Shown here in pieces: positions 17,073-25,796 of a DNA stretch of 64,000 nucleotides (position 1 is the stretch's first letter; every line of letters starts with the position of its first letter). Both the position numbers and the translations under genes were made by a program. Below the pieces are notes generated by a model, which worked only from the letters and a program-made list of their open reading frames with translations, had not been told where the DNA came from and did not search any database. Source of the DNA: Patescibacteria group bacterium (GTDB lineage Bacteria; Patescibacteriota; Patescibacteriia; Buchananbacterales; UBA6539); NCBI GenBank assembly GCA_041649675.1, contig JBAZMQ010000001.1:64792-128791 (forward strand). Direction: 5' to 3'.

Positions 17073-17591
17073 TTATTTATATTTTCTTATACAGTCTACT
17101 TTACAGACACTTCTTTGGGTACCAGTTAAATTATTATCACTGCATTCATTTATGCAATCTTCGTATTTTGATTGAACCGATATATATTTTTGTCTTGATA
17201 TATATTTAATCGAGTAAACAATGCCGATCAATAATGTTACTACGACTATAGGCACAAATATACCAATAATAAATTGTTTATTAATCGAAGTAGTTTTTAT
17301 ATTACCTAACTGCGGTCTACTTTGTTTAGTCGCTTTCCATATCGATTTAATTATAAAATATAATCCTAAAATATTCAGGGCAAAGGCGATAAATGATGCA
17401 CCACCCCCGACCAGATATCCAACGTAATTACAAACAATAATTAACCCAAAACCAATAGCTAATGATAACAAAAGATTGTCGGTTGTTTTTTCGACAAATT
17501 TTGGTTCTTTCATAGAGTTAGTTTTAAAAAAATAATTAATATTGTTGTAATCAAAAAACCCACCGCTAGGGCGGTAGCTTGCGCTACCCAT
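17073..17591 (-). CDS. Membrane protein (3 TM) with Cys-rich C-terminal tail (CINECSDN...CKVDCIRKYK)
   Basis: Hydrophobic profile; the likely start is the internal Met (MKEPKF). Confidence 0.4.
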   Translation of the reverse strand: MGSASYRPSGGFFDYNNINYFFKTNSMKEPKFVEKTTDNLLLSLAIGFGLIIVCNYVGYLVGGGASFIAFALNILGLYFIIKSIWKATKQSRPQLGNIKTTSINKQFIIGIFVPIVVVTLLIGIVYSIKYISRQKYISVQSKYEDCINECSDNNLTGTQRSVCKVDCIRKYK

Positions 17592-17609
17592 ACTCCTTTC
17601 GGAATATGA

Positions 17610-17657
17610 CCTGGTTAAGGGATACCCTAAACGATGGGATCTATGTCCTTAACCAGG
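17610..17657. repeat. Inverted repeat CCTGGTTAAGGGA...TCCTTAACCAGG (13-bp arms, ~23-bp spacer)
   Basis: Located between the divergent membrane gene and gajA. Confidence 0.6.
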
Positions 17658-17810
17658 ATTTTCAGCCATGCCCCACAAATGCAAGGTTTAGGCTGGTTTG
17701 ATTGTACCCATTAATATTAATCTTTTTGCTAAATTTTGTAAATATTCGCTTGATTTTTGGCGTAAAAGGAGCTAATGTAAATTTAAAGCTATAAAAAATA
17801 ACCAATAAAT

Positions 17811-19724
17811 ATGAAGATTAAAAGACTAAAAATTGAAAATTTCCGATCAATTAAATCCTTGGACATTGAATTGGATGACACTTCGGTTTTTATCGGCGCT
17901 AATAATGCTGGTAAGTCTTCAATACTGGAAGCAGTACGAATTGCTTTATCTCGAAGATGGGGTCAACAAGGGACTGGGTTTACTGAGGATGATATTCATT
18001 TAGTTAACGATAAGATAGATCCTCGGAATGCGCCACCAGTAAAAATTCGTTTTGAGTTTGAAGAAGGATCATCGGGAGAATGGCCTACGGACATGGTGGC
18101 TGAACTTGAACAAATAATGACTCTTACGCCCACAAATTTAAATAAAGTTACGTTTACGATATCTTATATATGGAATCCCGAAAAGGAGTTGTTTGAAACA
18201 ACCTGGCAATTCCTGAATTCATCGGGAGATCCATTCCCGTCGGCTAGTAGATCAGTTAACTTCTCTGGATTTTTTAATTATATAATTTTTCTTTGGGTAG
18301 GTGCTTTACGAGATGCAGATGATGAGTTTACATCACATTCACGTAATTGGGGTGGTCTTTTGAAATCCATTAAAATTCCAAAAGAAATCGAAGAGGAGAT
18401 AAAAAATGATCTCGATGTTCTTGATGAAAAATTACTTCGGGCTGATCCCAAATTTTTGCAGATATCAGAAACCATTGGAAAAGCAACTGAAATTACTATT
18501 GAAAATGGTCCTGGTTCTGCAAAAATTCGTATGCTGCCAATAAATGTTTGGGATATGATTACACGAGCTGGTATAATTCTTAAAAATGAAGACTTGCGCC
18601 CCTGGCTTCCGCTTAATCATCATGGTCAAGGCCTTCAAAGTTTATCAATTATTTTTCTGTGCCATGCTGCAGCGGCTCAAAAACTTGTTGAGAATAATTT
18701 TGGTGCTGAACCCATATACGCAATTGAAGAGCCGGAAGTTCATCTACATCCTCAGGCTGCTCGTACTTTATGGTCCAAGATGACTGAAATTGCTGGGCAA
18801 AAATTAATAACAACTCATTCGCCTTATTTTGTTCAGAACGTGCCACTCCATAGCCTTAGAGTTGTTCGTTTGCAGGATGATTCTACTTCAATTTCATTTT
18901 TACCAAAAAAGATTGAGTCTGATATACCGTGGACAGAAGACGTTGAAAATTTTGTTAAAGGAGCAGGCAGAAATTATTTTAAATTGAATAAGCTAACCAA
19001 CTCAATTGATGCCATTCAAAGTTTTGATGAAAATATTATGAATGATTTAGTACATTGCTGGAAAGTAGATAATGACGACCTAATATCGAATAAAATAAAA
19101 GAATTACGACGTAAGTCTAGCGTACTTGTCTCAGAAGAAGAAGAAAGAAATTTATCTTTTCAAGGAAGACGTATTCGTGGAGAAATATTTTTTGCACGTT
19201 TTTGGGTTTTGGCGGAAGGGGTATCTGAATATTTGTTACTCAAAGCCATTGGTGATGCTTATGAATTTGATTTAGATCAATATGGTGTAGCAATTATTGA
19301 TTTTCAGAATAATGGAAGGCCAGATATCTATGCAGCTTTAGCAGAGGCTTTTAAAATCCCGTGGTTTATGATTACTGACGGCGATGGTGCTGGAGAAGCC
19401 ATGAGAAAGCAACTATCAAAAAGAGGATTTGATGCTAAATATCTTCAAGAACATTCTGATTTTTTGCAATCGCCAAATACTCTTGAGGCTCAGCTACTTG
19501 CTGATGGAAATGGACCTCTACTTAGAAAAATTATTGCAGACACTGGTGATACTAGTGCATTGACATGCTCAGTTGATGATTTTAAAAATAAACTTAGCAA
19601 TAAAAAAACTCCCTGTATGAGTCGTCTCGCTTCATTAGTCTCAAGAGATATAACTCTCGCAAAGAAAATGCCAGAAAAATTTATTTCAATAATTGAAAGA
19701 ATTAAATCTGACCATCAATTATGA
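17811..19724 (+). CDS. gajA: Gabija GajA-like OLD-family protein: N-terminal ABC-type ATPase plus C-terminal Toprim nuclease
   Basis: N-terminus KIENFRSIKSLDIEL..VFIGANNAGKSSILEAV (OLD/AAA_15-like P-loop). C-terminus Toprim_OLD-like (VLAEGVSEYLLLKAIG...IIDFQNNG...ITDGDGAG with E and DxD). The TGA stop overlaps the ATG of the downstream helicase (ATGA). Confidence 0.75.
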   Translation: MKIKRLKIENFRSIKSLDIELDDTSVFIGANNAGKSSILEAVRIALSRRWGQQGTGFTEDDIHLVNDKIDPRNAPPVKIRFEFEEGSSGEWPTDMVAELEQIMTLTPTNLNKVTFTISYIWNPEKELFETTWQFLNSSGDPFPSASRSVNFSGFFNYIIFLWVGALRDADDEFTSHSRNWGGLLKSIKIPKEIEEEIKNDLDVLDEKLLRADPKFLQISETIGKATEITIENGPGSAKIRMLPINVWDMITRAGIILKNEDLRPWLPLNHHGQGLQSLSIIFLCHAAAAQKLVENNFGAEPIYAIEEPEVHLHPQAARTLWSKMTEIAGQKLITTHSPYFVQNVPLHSLRVVRLQDDSTSISFLPKKIESDIPWTEDVENFVKGAGRNYFKLNKLTNSIDAIQSFDENIMNDLVHCWKVDNDDLISNKIKELRRKSSVLVSEEEERNLSFQGRRIRGEIFFARFWVLAEGVSEYLLLKAIGDAYEFDLDQYGVAIIDFQNNGRPDIYAALAEAFKIPWFMITDGDGAGEAMRKQLSKRGFDAKYLQEHSDFLQSPNTLEAQLLADGNGPLLRKIIADTGDTSALTCSVDDFKNKLSNKKTPCMSRLASLVSRDITLAKKMPEKFISIIERIKSDHQL

Positions 19725-21616
19725 CTTCGAATTTTGATGAATCGTTTATTGAACTTAGTCCAATTCAACGTGATGCCGTTAACTGGGGTGATGGCGCTCT
19801 TTTAGTTCTTGCTGGCCCCGGCGCAGGGAAAACAAGAGTTCTTACTACCCGCATTGCCAAATTAATTTCTGATAATCCTGAACGAAAATTTAAGATCTTA
19901 GCATTAACATTTACCACCAAAGCTGCATCCGAAATGCATGATCGCGTAGAGACGCTAATACCTGGAGTTGTTGATAATAGAACATTTATCGGAACATTCC
20001 ATGCTTATTGCACTCAAATTTTACGGCAGCATGGTTCTCATATCAACATTCATCCTGATTTTAGCATATTTTCCCAAAGAGAAGATCAGGAAGCTCTTCT
20101 GCTTGATGCAATTAATTATTCAATAAAGCAAGGGAAAAAATTCTCAATTGATGACGTAAAATTGCTGGACACAATAAAAATTTTGAAATCTCGTTTAATT
20201 GTTCCTGAGAAAACATTACTAAATATTAACAACCCACATCTCAAGGAGGTATACGAACTATATGAGCAAGCATTGAAGAGTGAAAATGGAATAGATTTTG
20301 AAGGGCTCATCTTGGAAACTTGCAGATTACTCGCAAAGATGCCCGCAATTTCAGCCAGAATAAGACAATCATATCCCTATTGGCTGATTGATGAATTTCA
20401 GGACACCTCACCATCTCAGTATTGGCTCTTACATTATCTTGCCGGCGATCAATTTAAAAATATTTTCGTCGTTGCCGATGACGATCAGATAATTTATCAT
20501 TGGGCAGGTGCTAGTTATAGGCAGATAGAAAAATTTAGGGAAGAATATAAACCAGAGCTTATCCAACTTGTCGAGAATCATCGATGTCCACCTGAAATTG
20601 TTGATATGGCAAATCAATTAGTTGCTTATAATACCCAAAGAACACCTGACAAAAAACCCACAACTCCTGGAAGAGATATTCCTTTAGACGCCGTGCAAGT
20701 GAAAATTTTCGGCAATGATAGGGATGAATATGCGTCAATCTCCAATGCTATTTATTTACAAGGGGAGGGATCCTGGGGAAAGACAATAATTTTAGGCAGG
20801 ACAAAATCATTACTTGAATCTATGATAGAAAGTCTCAAATTAAAAGGTGTAAGGGCGGTGATATCACAAAGGAGAGACAATTTTATCTCACCGCAATTTA
20901 TTTGGTTGCAAGCAATGATTGATCAAATAATCCATCCTACCAATAAACGTATTTTTAATATTTTTGCATATGCGGCCAATAGGGTATGTGGCCTAGAATT
21001 CGACCCAATACTATTAATTGCCGAAGCAGAATCGGTGAGCAAAAATTACATTGAACATTGGTCAGAGATAGTCATGTCGTCCGATAATGATGTGGCAAAA
21101 AAATTGGGATCTTTAATTCAACAGCTCATCCAATCTAGGCAAAGTTGGAAAAAAATAGTCAAGGATGCTATAAGTACCTTACTTGAAACTGGTCGAGTTA
21201 CACAGGATGCCGTCAGTGACGCGGATGATGATTATAGAGCTTGGACCGCATGTTTAAGAGAAATTCAATCTGAAATTGGTCAAGACTTAGATCTTTCAGA
21301 TGTTGTTCAGGGAATAGCTCTCCGTTCAAAAGAACCTCCAATTGTACCTAATACGGTGACGCTCATGACAATACATGCAGCCAAAGGGCTTGAATTTGAA
21401 ATTGTGTATATCATCGGACTCGCAGAAGGAGAAATGCCATCCTGGCAAAGTTGTAAAAAGGGAGATACCTCACCTGAAATGGAGGAGGAGCGTAGAAATT
21501 GTTTTGTTGCAATTACCCGGACACAAGAAAAACTTGTGTTATCTTCTTCTGGGGTTTATAGGGGATTTGAAAAAAAATCATCCCGTTTTTTAAAAGAGAT
21601 GAAATTAATCTCATAG
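19721..21616 (+). CDS. gajB: Gabija GajB-like UvrD/PcrA/Rep-family SF1 helicase
   Basis: Walker A AGPGAGKTRVLT, motif II DEFQDTSPSQY, and a C-terminal helicase domain (TIHAAKGLEF...). Translationally coupled to gajA. Confidence 0.75.
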   Translation: MTSNFDESFIELSPIQRDAVNWGDGALLVLAGPGAGKTRVLTTRIAKLISDNPERKFKILALTFTTKAASEMHDRVETLIPGVVDNRTFIGTFHAYCTQILRQHGSHINIHPDFSIFSQREDQEALLLDAINYSIKQGKKFSIDDVKLLDTIKILKSRLIVPEKTLLNINNPHLKEVYELYEQALKSENGIDFEGLILETCRLLAKMPAISARIRQSYPYWLIDEFQDTSPSQYWLLHYLAGDQFKNIFVVADDDQIIYHWAGASYRQIEKFREEYKPELIQLVENHRCPPEIVDMANQLVAYNTQRTPDKKPTTPGRDIPLDAVQVKIFGNDRDEYASISNAIYLQGEGSWGKTIILGRTKSLLESMIESLKLKGVRAVISQRRDNFISPQFIWLQAMIDQIIHPTNKRIFNIFAYAANRVCGLEFDPILLIAEAESVSKNYIEHWSEIVMSSDNDVAKKLGSLIQQLIQSRQSWKKIVKDAISTLLETGRVTQDAVSDADDDYRAWTACLREIQSEIGQDLDLSDVVQGIALRSKEPPIVPNTVTLMTIHAAKGLEFEIVYIIGLAEGEMPSWQSCKKGDTSPEMEEERRNCFVAITRTQEKLVLSSSGVYRGFEKKSSRFLKEMKLIS

Positions 21617-21686
21617 ATAATAATGATTTATTGTAAAAATTAAAATTTCGGCCAATTAACAAATGATTTATAAGGTTCAATTTATA

Positions 21687-21715
21687 AGTTTGCCACTCAT
21701 TACGACAAGCTCTAC
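21687..21715 (+). repeat. Direct repeat A (AGTTTGCCACTCATTACGACAAGCTCTAC)
   Basis: About 25/30 identical to 25466-25495. Confidence 0.6.
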
Positions 21716-21877
21716 TTTAGTGATTGTGAGGTAGAGGCACGCTTTCTCCTTAGTTTACTCCAACCGAGGAGTAAACTGACCTACACATAAGAGTAGGAAT
21801 TTAAAGTATATTAGTATTTTTTTCTTAATTTACCAATCGCAATTTATAGGTCGCTTACCAGGCGATTTTTTAGTTTA

Positions 21878-21921
21878 ATAAAAAAATCCCTGCAGTCTTG
21901 TTTGGTACAAATCTGTAGGGA
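21878..21921 (-). terminator. Intrinsic terminator of the GH16 lipoprotein gene
   Basis: On the minus strand: TCCCTACAG...CTGCAGGGA followed by T7. Confidence 0.6.
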
Positions 21922-21941
21922 AAATATAATCAAAGGAACGG

Positions 21942-24218
21942 CTAGTTGACTGCCGGCGGTTTAATGAAGAACTGCTGGCCGATCGGGTCACGGCTATTTC
22001 CTAGGAAATAGGTTTTGACAAACGACAGTTCTTTGGTGTCACTGTCATAGCGCAAGACTTCTATTCCCTGGTGATCGAGGCTGCCATTATTGTAGTTGTA
22101 GGCGCTGCGAGCATAGACCAGACCGTCAGGTCCGACCTTGACGTAGTAGGCGCCGTACTGGGCATAACGGCTGACAACCGCATTGTCGGCAAAGCTATAG
22201 ACGGCAATTTCACCTTTACCATAGTAGGGATTGCCACCAGCTCCAATAAAGGCAAGGCTGCTGTCTGGCAAGAAATCAACTGCACCGGCAAAATCACCTA
22301 GGCCGGAGTAACCGAACTGGTGTTGGAAATTATGCAGGTCATAGACGCTGACCGAACCCCGTGCAGAGGAGTAGCTGGTTTGGAAGAAATAGTTGCCTAA
22401 CGGGTCAGTCAGGGCGAGGTGATGTCCATAGCTAACCGGCATAACCGAGGCATTCAGCGTATCCGTGGATAGATCCACCAGATTCCAGCTACCGTTTTCC
22501 ACTTGAGATAGTGTGCCATTATTCAAGCGGACGGTGTTGTAGCCGCCATCCACGTTAATAGGGAAGTTGCTATCCACAAGTGTTCGGGTCGTAATGTCGT
22601 ACTTGTTGTTTTCTAAGTAGCAGAACCGACTATCGGCCGAAAACAACGGCAGGTAATACGAGGTAGTCTCGTCTGATGCATAATACAAATCATTAGTGCT
22701 GATGGATGCGGGGAAAGGCAGAGGATCGCCGTTTAGCGTGTGATCCGAAGTCTGATAGACATTCCCTTTGACGTCAACAACATATTGCCCGTCAGGTGTT
22801 CCGGCTAGCATTATCACTTCGGGCAAAGCACCCCAGATCACGCTCTTAGTTAGATTAACCACCAGTGTGGCCGACAGGTCCTCGGTGGGCATATAAAGCA
22901 GCTCATCTTGGGTTGTGGTTAAACTTTGATCACAGGTGATTTTGTAAGTGATTGAATTACCCACCTTGTTGCCGGAATCATCTTGCCCTTGCAAAACGAA
23001 CTCATTGGTTCCGGGTTGTAGGGTGGCTAAGTAGAGAATCTTGCCGTAGAGGTCGGTTTTATCAGTAGGGATGACTTGGTCGCCAATTTGTACTTGGGTA
23101 ACCCGCCAGTCAAATACGGTTGTCAAGGGATAGCTGGTCAGATTGGTCGTCACCTTGATTTCGTCGGGCCAATCGGGTGGAGTTGGCTGAAAAGCAAACC
23201 CCGAAATCAGAACTGCCTGGGTCGCACCATTGCTTGGCGGCTTACCTTCAAACTGCCACAAGTTCAAGTGGACTCTTTCCTCGCCGGGCGTTGGCACAAG
23301 CGGACCTTCATATGACCATTTTTTAATCAAGGTGTCGGGATCTGTGGGCGGACTATCAAGATATTTACCTTGATAAGTGCGCATTTCCACTTTGCCCGGA
23401 CTCCAGATCAGGTAAGTGGTGATGTCGGCGTTTATGTCCTGGTGGAACCGATTACAGTTATCCATACCTACGAGACATTGGCCACAGGGTGGAACGGCGT
23501 ATTGGCAGTTGTTTTCGTCTGCGGCGTTGCCAAACTGACTGAATTCAAAGAAATCAATTTCCCGGTTGTTTGGGTCGGTGTCAGTATCATCCCACAGGAA
23601 AATACCGAAAACCAAATAAGAATCAGACGCCAGGGCGGGGTAGTGTTTCTTAAGTTGAACAATATACACGCCGTAGCCAAACGATTGGTCAAGAATTACT
23701 TCACTTGACTGCCATTTGCCGTCCTGTTCTTTGACTGCCAAATGAAGAACGCCGCTATCATCAACCCAGGCATTCTTTGGACTATACGAATTTGGTCCAG
23801 GACCAACCGGCGAAGGGTAACACTTTTTGGTCCACGGCAATCCGGAAAAATCAAACGCTAGGTTTTCGCTTTCGCATTCGTCTTCGCCCTCGCCTTCACC
23901 GCTTGGGATAACCATCAGCGTGGCTACGTTAGAATAGACACAGCCGGCTGAATTTTTGGCAAATGCCCGGTATTGTCCCGCATCATTTTCAGTGACAACG
24001 GGAAGTGATAGAATTTCTCCACCGGCATCGGCAACTATGATGTCATCTTTCAACCAGCCGATTGTTTCGGCGTTTTCAACTCCGACGCTAAACTGAACAT
24101 TCGCGCCGACGCTGACCGTCTGTGATACTGGCTGCTCGATGATTTTTGGCAGTTGAGGACAACCGGCCAAAAGTATCATTGCCGCTACAATCACAATCAC
24201 ATTCCATTTGCTTTTCAT
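21942..24218 (-). CDS. Secreted lipoprotein with glycoside hydrolase family 16 (beta-glucanase/laminarinase-like) domain plus Ig-like and beta-propeller-like regions
   Basis: Lipobox LLAGC; GH16 catalytic motif E-I-D-F-F-E (REIDFFEFSQ); (GE)n linker PSGEGEGEDECESE. Gene is markedly GC-rich relative to its neighbours. Confidence 0.55.
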   Translation of the reverse strand: MKSKWNVIVIVAAMILLAGCPQLPKIIEQPVSQTVSVGANVQFSVGVENAETIGWLKDDIIVADAGGEILSLPVVTENDAGQYRAFAKNSAGCVYSNVATLMVIPSGEGEGEDECESENLAFDFSGLPWTKKCYPSPVGPGPNSYSPKNAWVDDSGVLHLAVKEQDGKWQSSEVILDQSFGYGVYIVQLKKHYPALASDSYLVFGIFLWDDTDTDPNNREIDFFEFSQFGNAADENNCQYAVPPCGQCLVGMDNCNRFHQDINADITTYLIWSPGKVEMRTYQGKYLDSPPTDPDTLIKKWSYEGPLVPTPGEERVHLNLWQFEGKPPSNGATQAVLISGFAFQPTPPDWPDEIKVTTNLTSYPLTTVFDWRVTQVQIGDQVIPTDKTDLYGKILYLATLQPGTNEFVLQGQDDSGNKVGNSITYKITCDQSLTTTQDELLYMPTEDLSATLVVNLTKSVIWGALPEVIMLAGTPDGQYVVDVKGNVYQTSDHTLNGDPLPFPASISTNDLYYASDETTSYYLPLFSADSRFCYLENNKYDITTRTLVDSNFPINVDGGYNTVRLNNGTLSQVENGSWNLVDLSTDTLNASVMPVSYGHHLALTDPLGNYFFQTSYSSARGSVSVYDLHNFQHQFGYSGLGDFAGAVDFLPDSSLAFIGAGGNPYYGKGEIAVYSFADNAVVSRYAQYGAYYVKVGPDGLVYARSAYNYNNGSLDHQGIEVLRYDSDTKELSFVKTYFLGNSRDPIGQQFFIKPPAVN

Positions 24219-24474
24219 GACTCAACTCCTTGTTTTTGAGATCCTATTACAACCAAACCATCAGTCTAAGCCCAGTGCCTAGCTGATGTTTTAATTTTCT
24301 ATGAAAGGTAGCTAATTTTCAAAGAGCCACCTCCAATAATTTAGCTTATTCTTACGGCTAAAATCTGTCAAATTACAAAATTCATGACATAATTATTCTA
24401 AAAATCAGGAGGTTTAAATAATCTAGAGGATATAGGTGCCAGCACCATTATTAGTATTATGATTAGAATCAGAA

Positions 24475-24501
24475 AAATCCCAGCTTATCTGGGGATTTTT
24501 T
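24475..24501. terminator. Bidirectional hairpin (AAATCCCAG-cttat-CTGGGGATTT) flanked by A- and T-runs between divergent genes
   Basis: Seen directly; no annotated gene ends here. Confidence 0.5.
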
Positions 24502-24695
24502 ATTAAAATTTTATTGTGGTTTTTGTTTTTTTAAAGAAAATGTTATAATATGAAAAATAATGTAATAAATGACCGTGAAACAAACACCTTGCTCAATTTT
24601 TATAAAGACTACTGGTTTAGTTTTTTTTATTTTTACTTATTGCTAGCAATCATCCAATAGCAGCTCAGGCGACTGGCGGGGTATAATAATAGCAT

Positions 24696-25454
24696 ATGAC
24701 ATACGCTAAAAAAGTTTTGCCAATAATTAGATCAGCGGGCAAAGAATTATTGAAATATTACGGTAAGATTAAAATTTCTAGACAAAAAGGGAAATTAGCT
24801 CATACGGTTGTCACCAAGCTTGATTTAAAAACGGAAAAGTATCTTGCCGCCAACTTGCACAAAATTTATCCGACCATTGATTTTTTTGGTGAAGAATTTG
24901 GCGGGAAAAAGAAGGCTAAAAGATTTTGGGTTGTTGATCCAATTGATGGCACAGCGCATTTTATACGCGGTGTTCCTTTTTGTACTACCATGATTGCCCT
25001 TATTGATTCGGGCAAAGTAATTTTTTCTATAATCAATAATTTTGTGACCGGTGAAATTTTTTGGGCTGAAGTTGGCGAAGGCGCTAAGCTAAACAACAAG
25101 CCAATTCATGTAAGTAGCCGTCAATTGGTTGATGGCTATTTGACCTATGAAATAAACCTTGATAAAAAAGAAAATCTTGATTTATTTCTTGATTTGAAGA
25201 AAAAAACCATGCTTTTTAAAACGGTTACTTGCGGTTATGAGTTTGGTTTGATTGCTAGTGGTAAAATTGAAGGCCGCATTGCCTTGGATCCATATGGTGA
25301 TGATTGGGACTATGCGGCTGGGTCATTGCTGGTAAGCGAAGCCGGTGGCCAAGTAGTCAATATTGGTAAAAATTCTTATAGCTACACAGACCATAATTTT
25401 ATCATGGGTAACCCCACTGTCTGTAAAGAGATAAAAAAACTTTATCATATTTAA
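24696..25454 (+). CDS. Inositol monophosphatase family protein (SuhB/IMPase-like)
   Basis: WVVDPIDGT metal-binding motif and WDYAAG; TATAAT 8 nt upstream of the ATG with no SD (leaderless-like). Confidence 0.8.
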   Translation: MTYAKKVLPIIRSAGKELLKYYGKIKISRQKGKLAHTVVTKLDLKTEKYLAANLHKIYPTIDFFGEEFGGKKKAKRFWVVDPIDGTAHFIRGVPFCTTMIALIDSGKVIFSIINNFVTGEIFWAEVGEGAKLNNKPIHVSSRQLVDGYLTYEINLDKKENLDLFLDLKKKTMLFKTVTCGYEFGLIASGKIEGRIALDPYGDDWDYAAGSLLVSEAGGQVVNIGKNSYSYTDHNFIMGNPTVCKEIKKLYHI

Positions 25455-25465
25455 TTGTAACTTTT

Positions 25466-25495
25466 AGTTTGCCACTCATTGCCACAAAGTTCTAC
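25466..25495 (+). repeat. Direct repeat B (AGTTTGCCACTCATTGCCACAAAGTTCTAC)
   Basis: Matches repeat A at 21687-21715. Confidence 0.6.
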
Positions 25496-25537
25496 CATCA
25501 AATAATCTAAACATTGAATATTAAGTAAGCAATTCTA

Positions 25538-25720
25538 GTGCCAATTTACATTGATAAAAATAAATGTCCGCAAAATCATGCTTGTCCGGCCATAAAGGTA
25601 TGCCCGGAAAAAGCTTTGTCGCAAAAAGGTTTTAACGCACCCCAAGTTGATAGGGAAAAATGCCGGGAGTGCGGAATTTGTTCAAATCTTTGTCCCAAGG
25701 GCGCTTTGCAGCTTCGGTGA
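25538..25720 (+). CDS. Small 4Fe-4S ferredoxin-like protein (GTG start)
   Basis: Two Cys clusters, CxxxCxxxCP and CxxCxxCxxxCP. Confidence 0.55.
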   Translation: MPIYIDKNKCPQNHACPAIKVCPEKALSQKGFNAPQVDREKCRECGICSNLCPKGALQLR

Positions 25721-25796
25721 TTAGCGCATTAAAAAGGTATTACAATTTTGTCGTTTGAATCGCCTAAGCGGCGGTTTTTTGGTATACTAAAATCAT

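Noticed and set aside
22061-23708. Several 70-110-aa ORFs on both strands within the GH16 lipoprotein gene
   Set aside because: Typical antisense or alternate-frame ORFs in a GC-rich gene.
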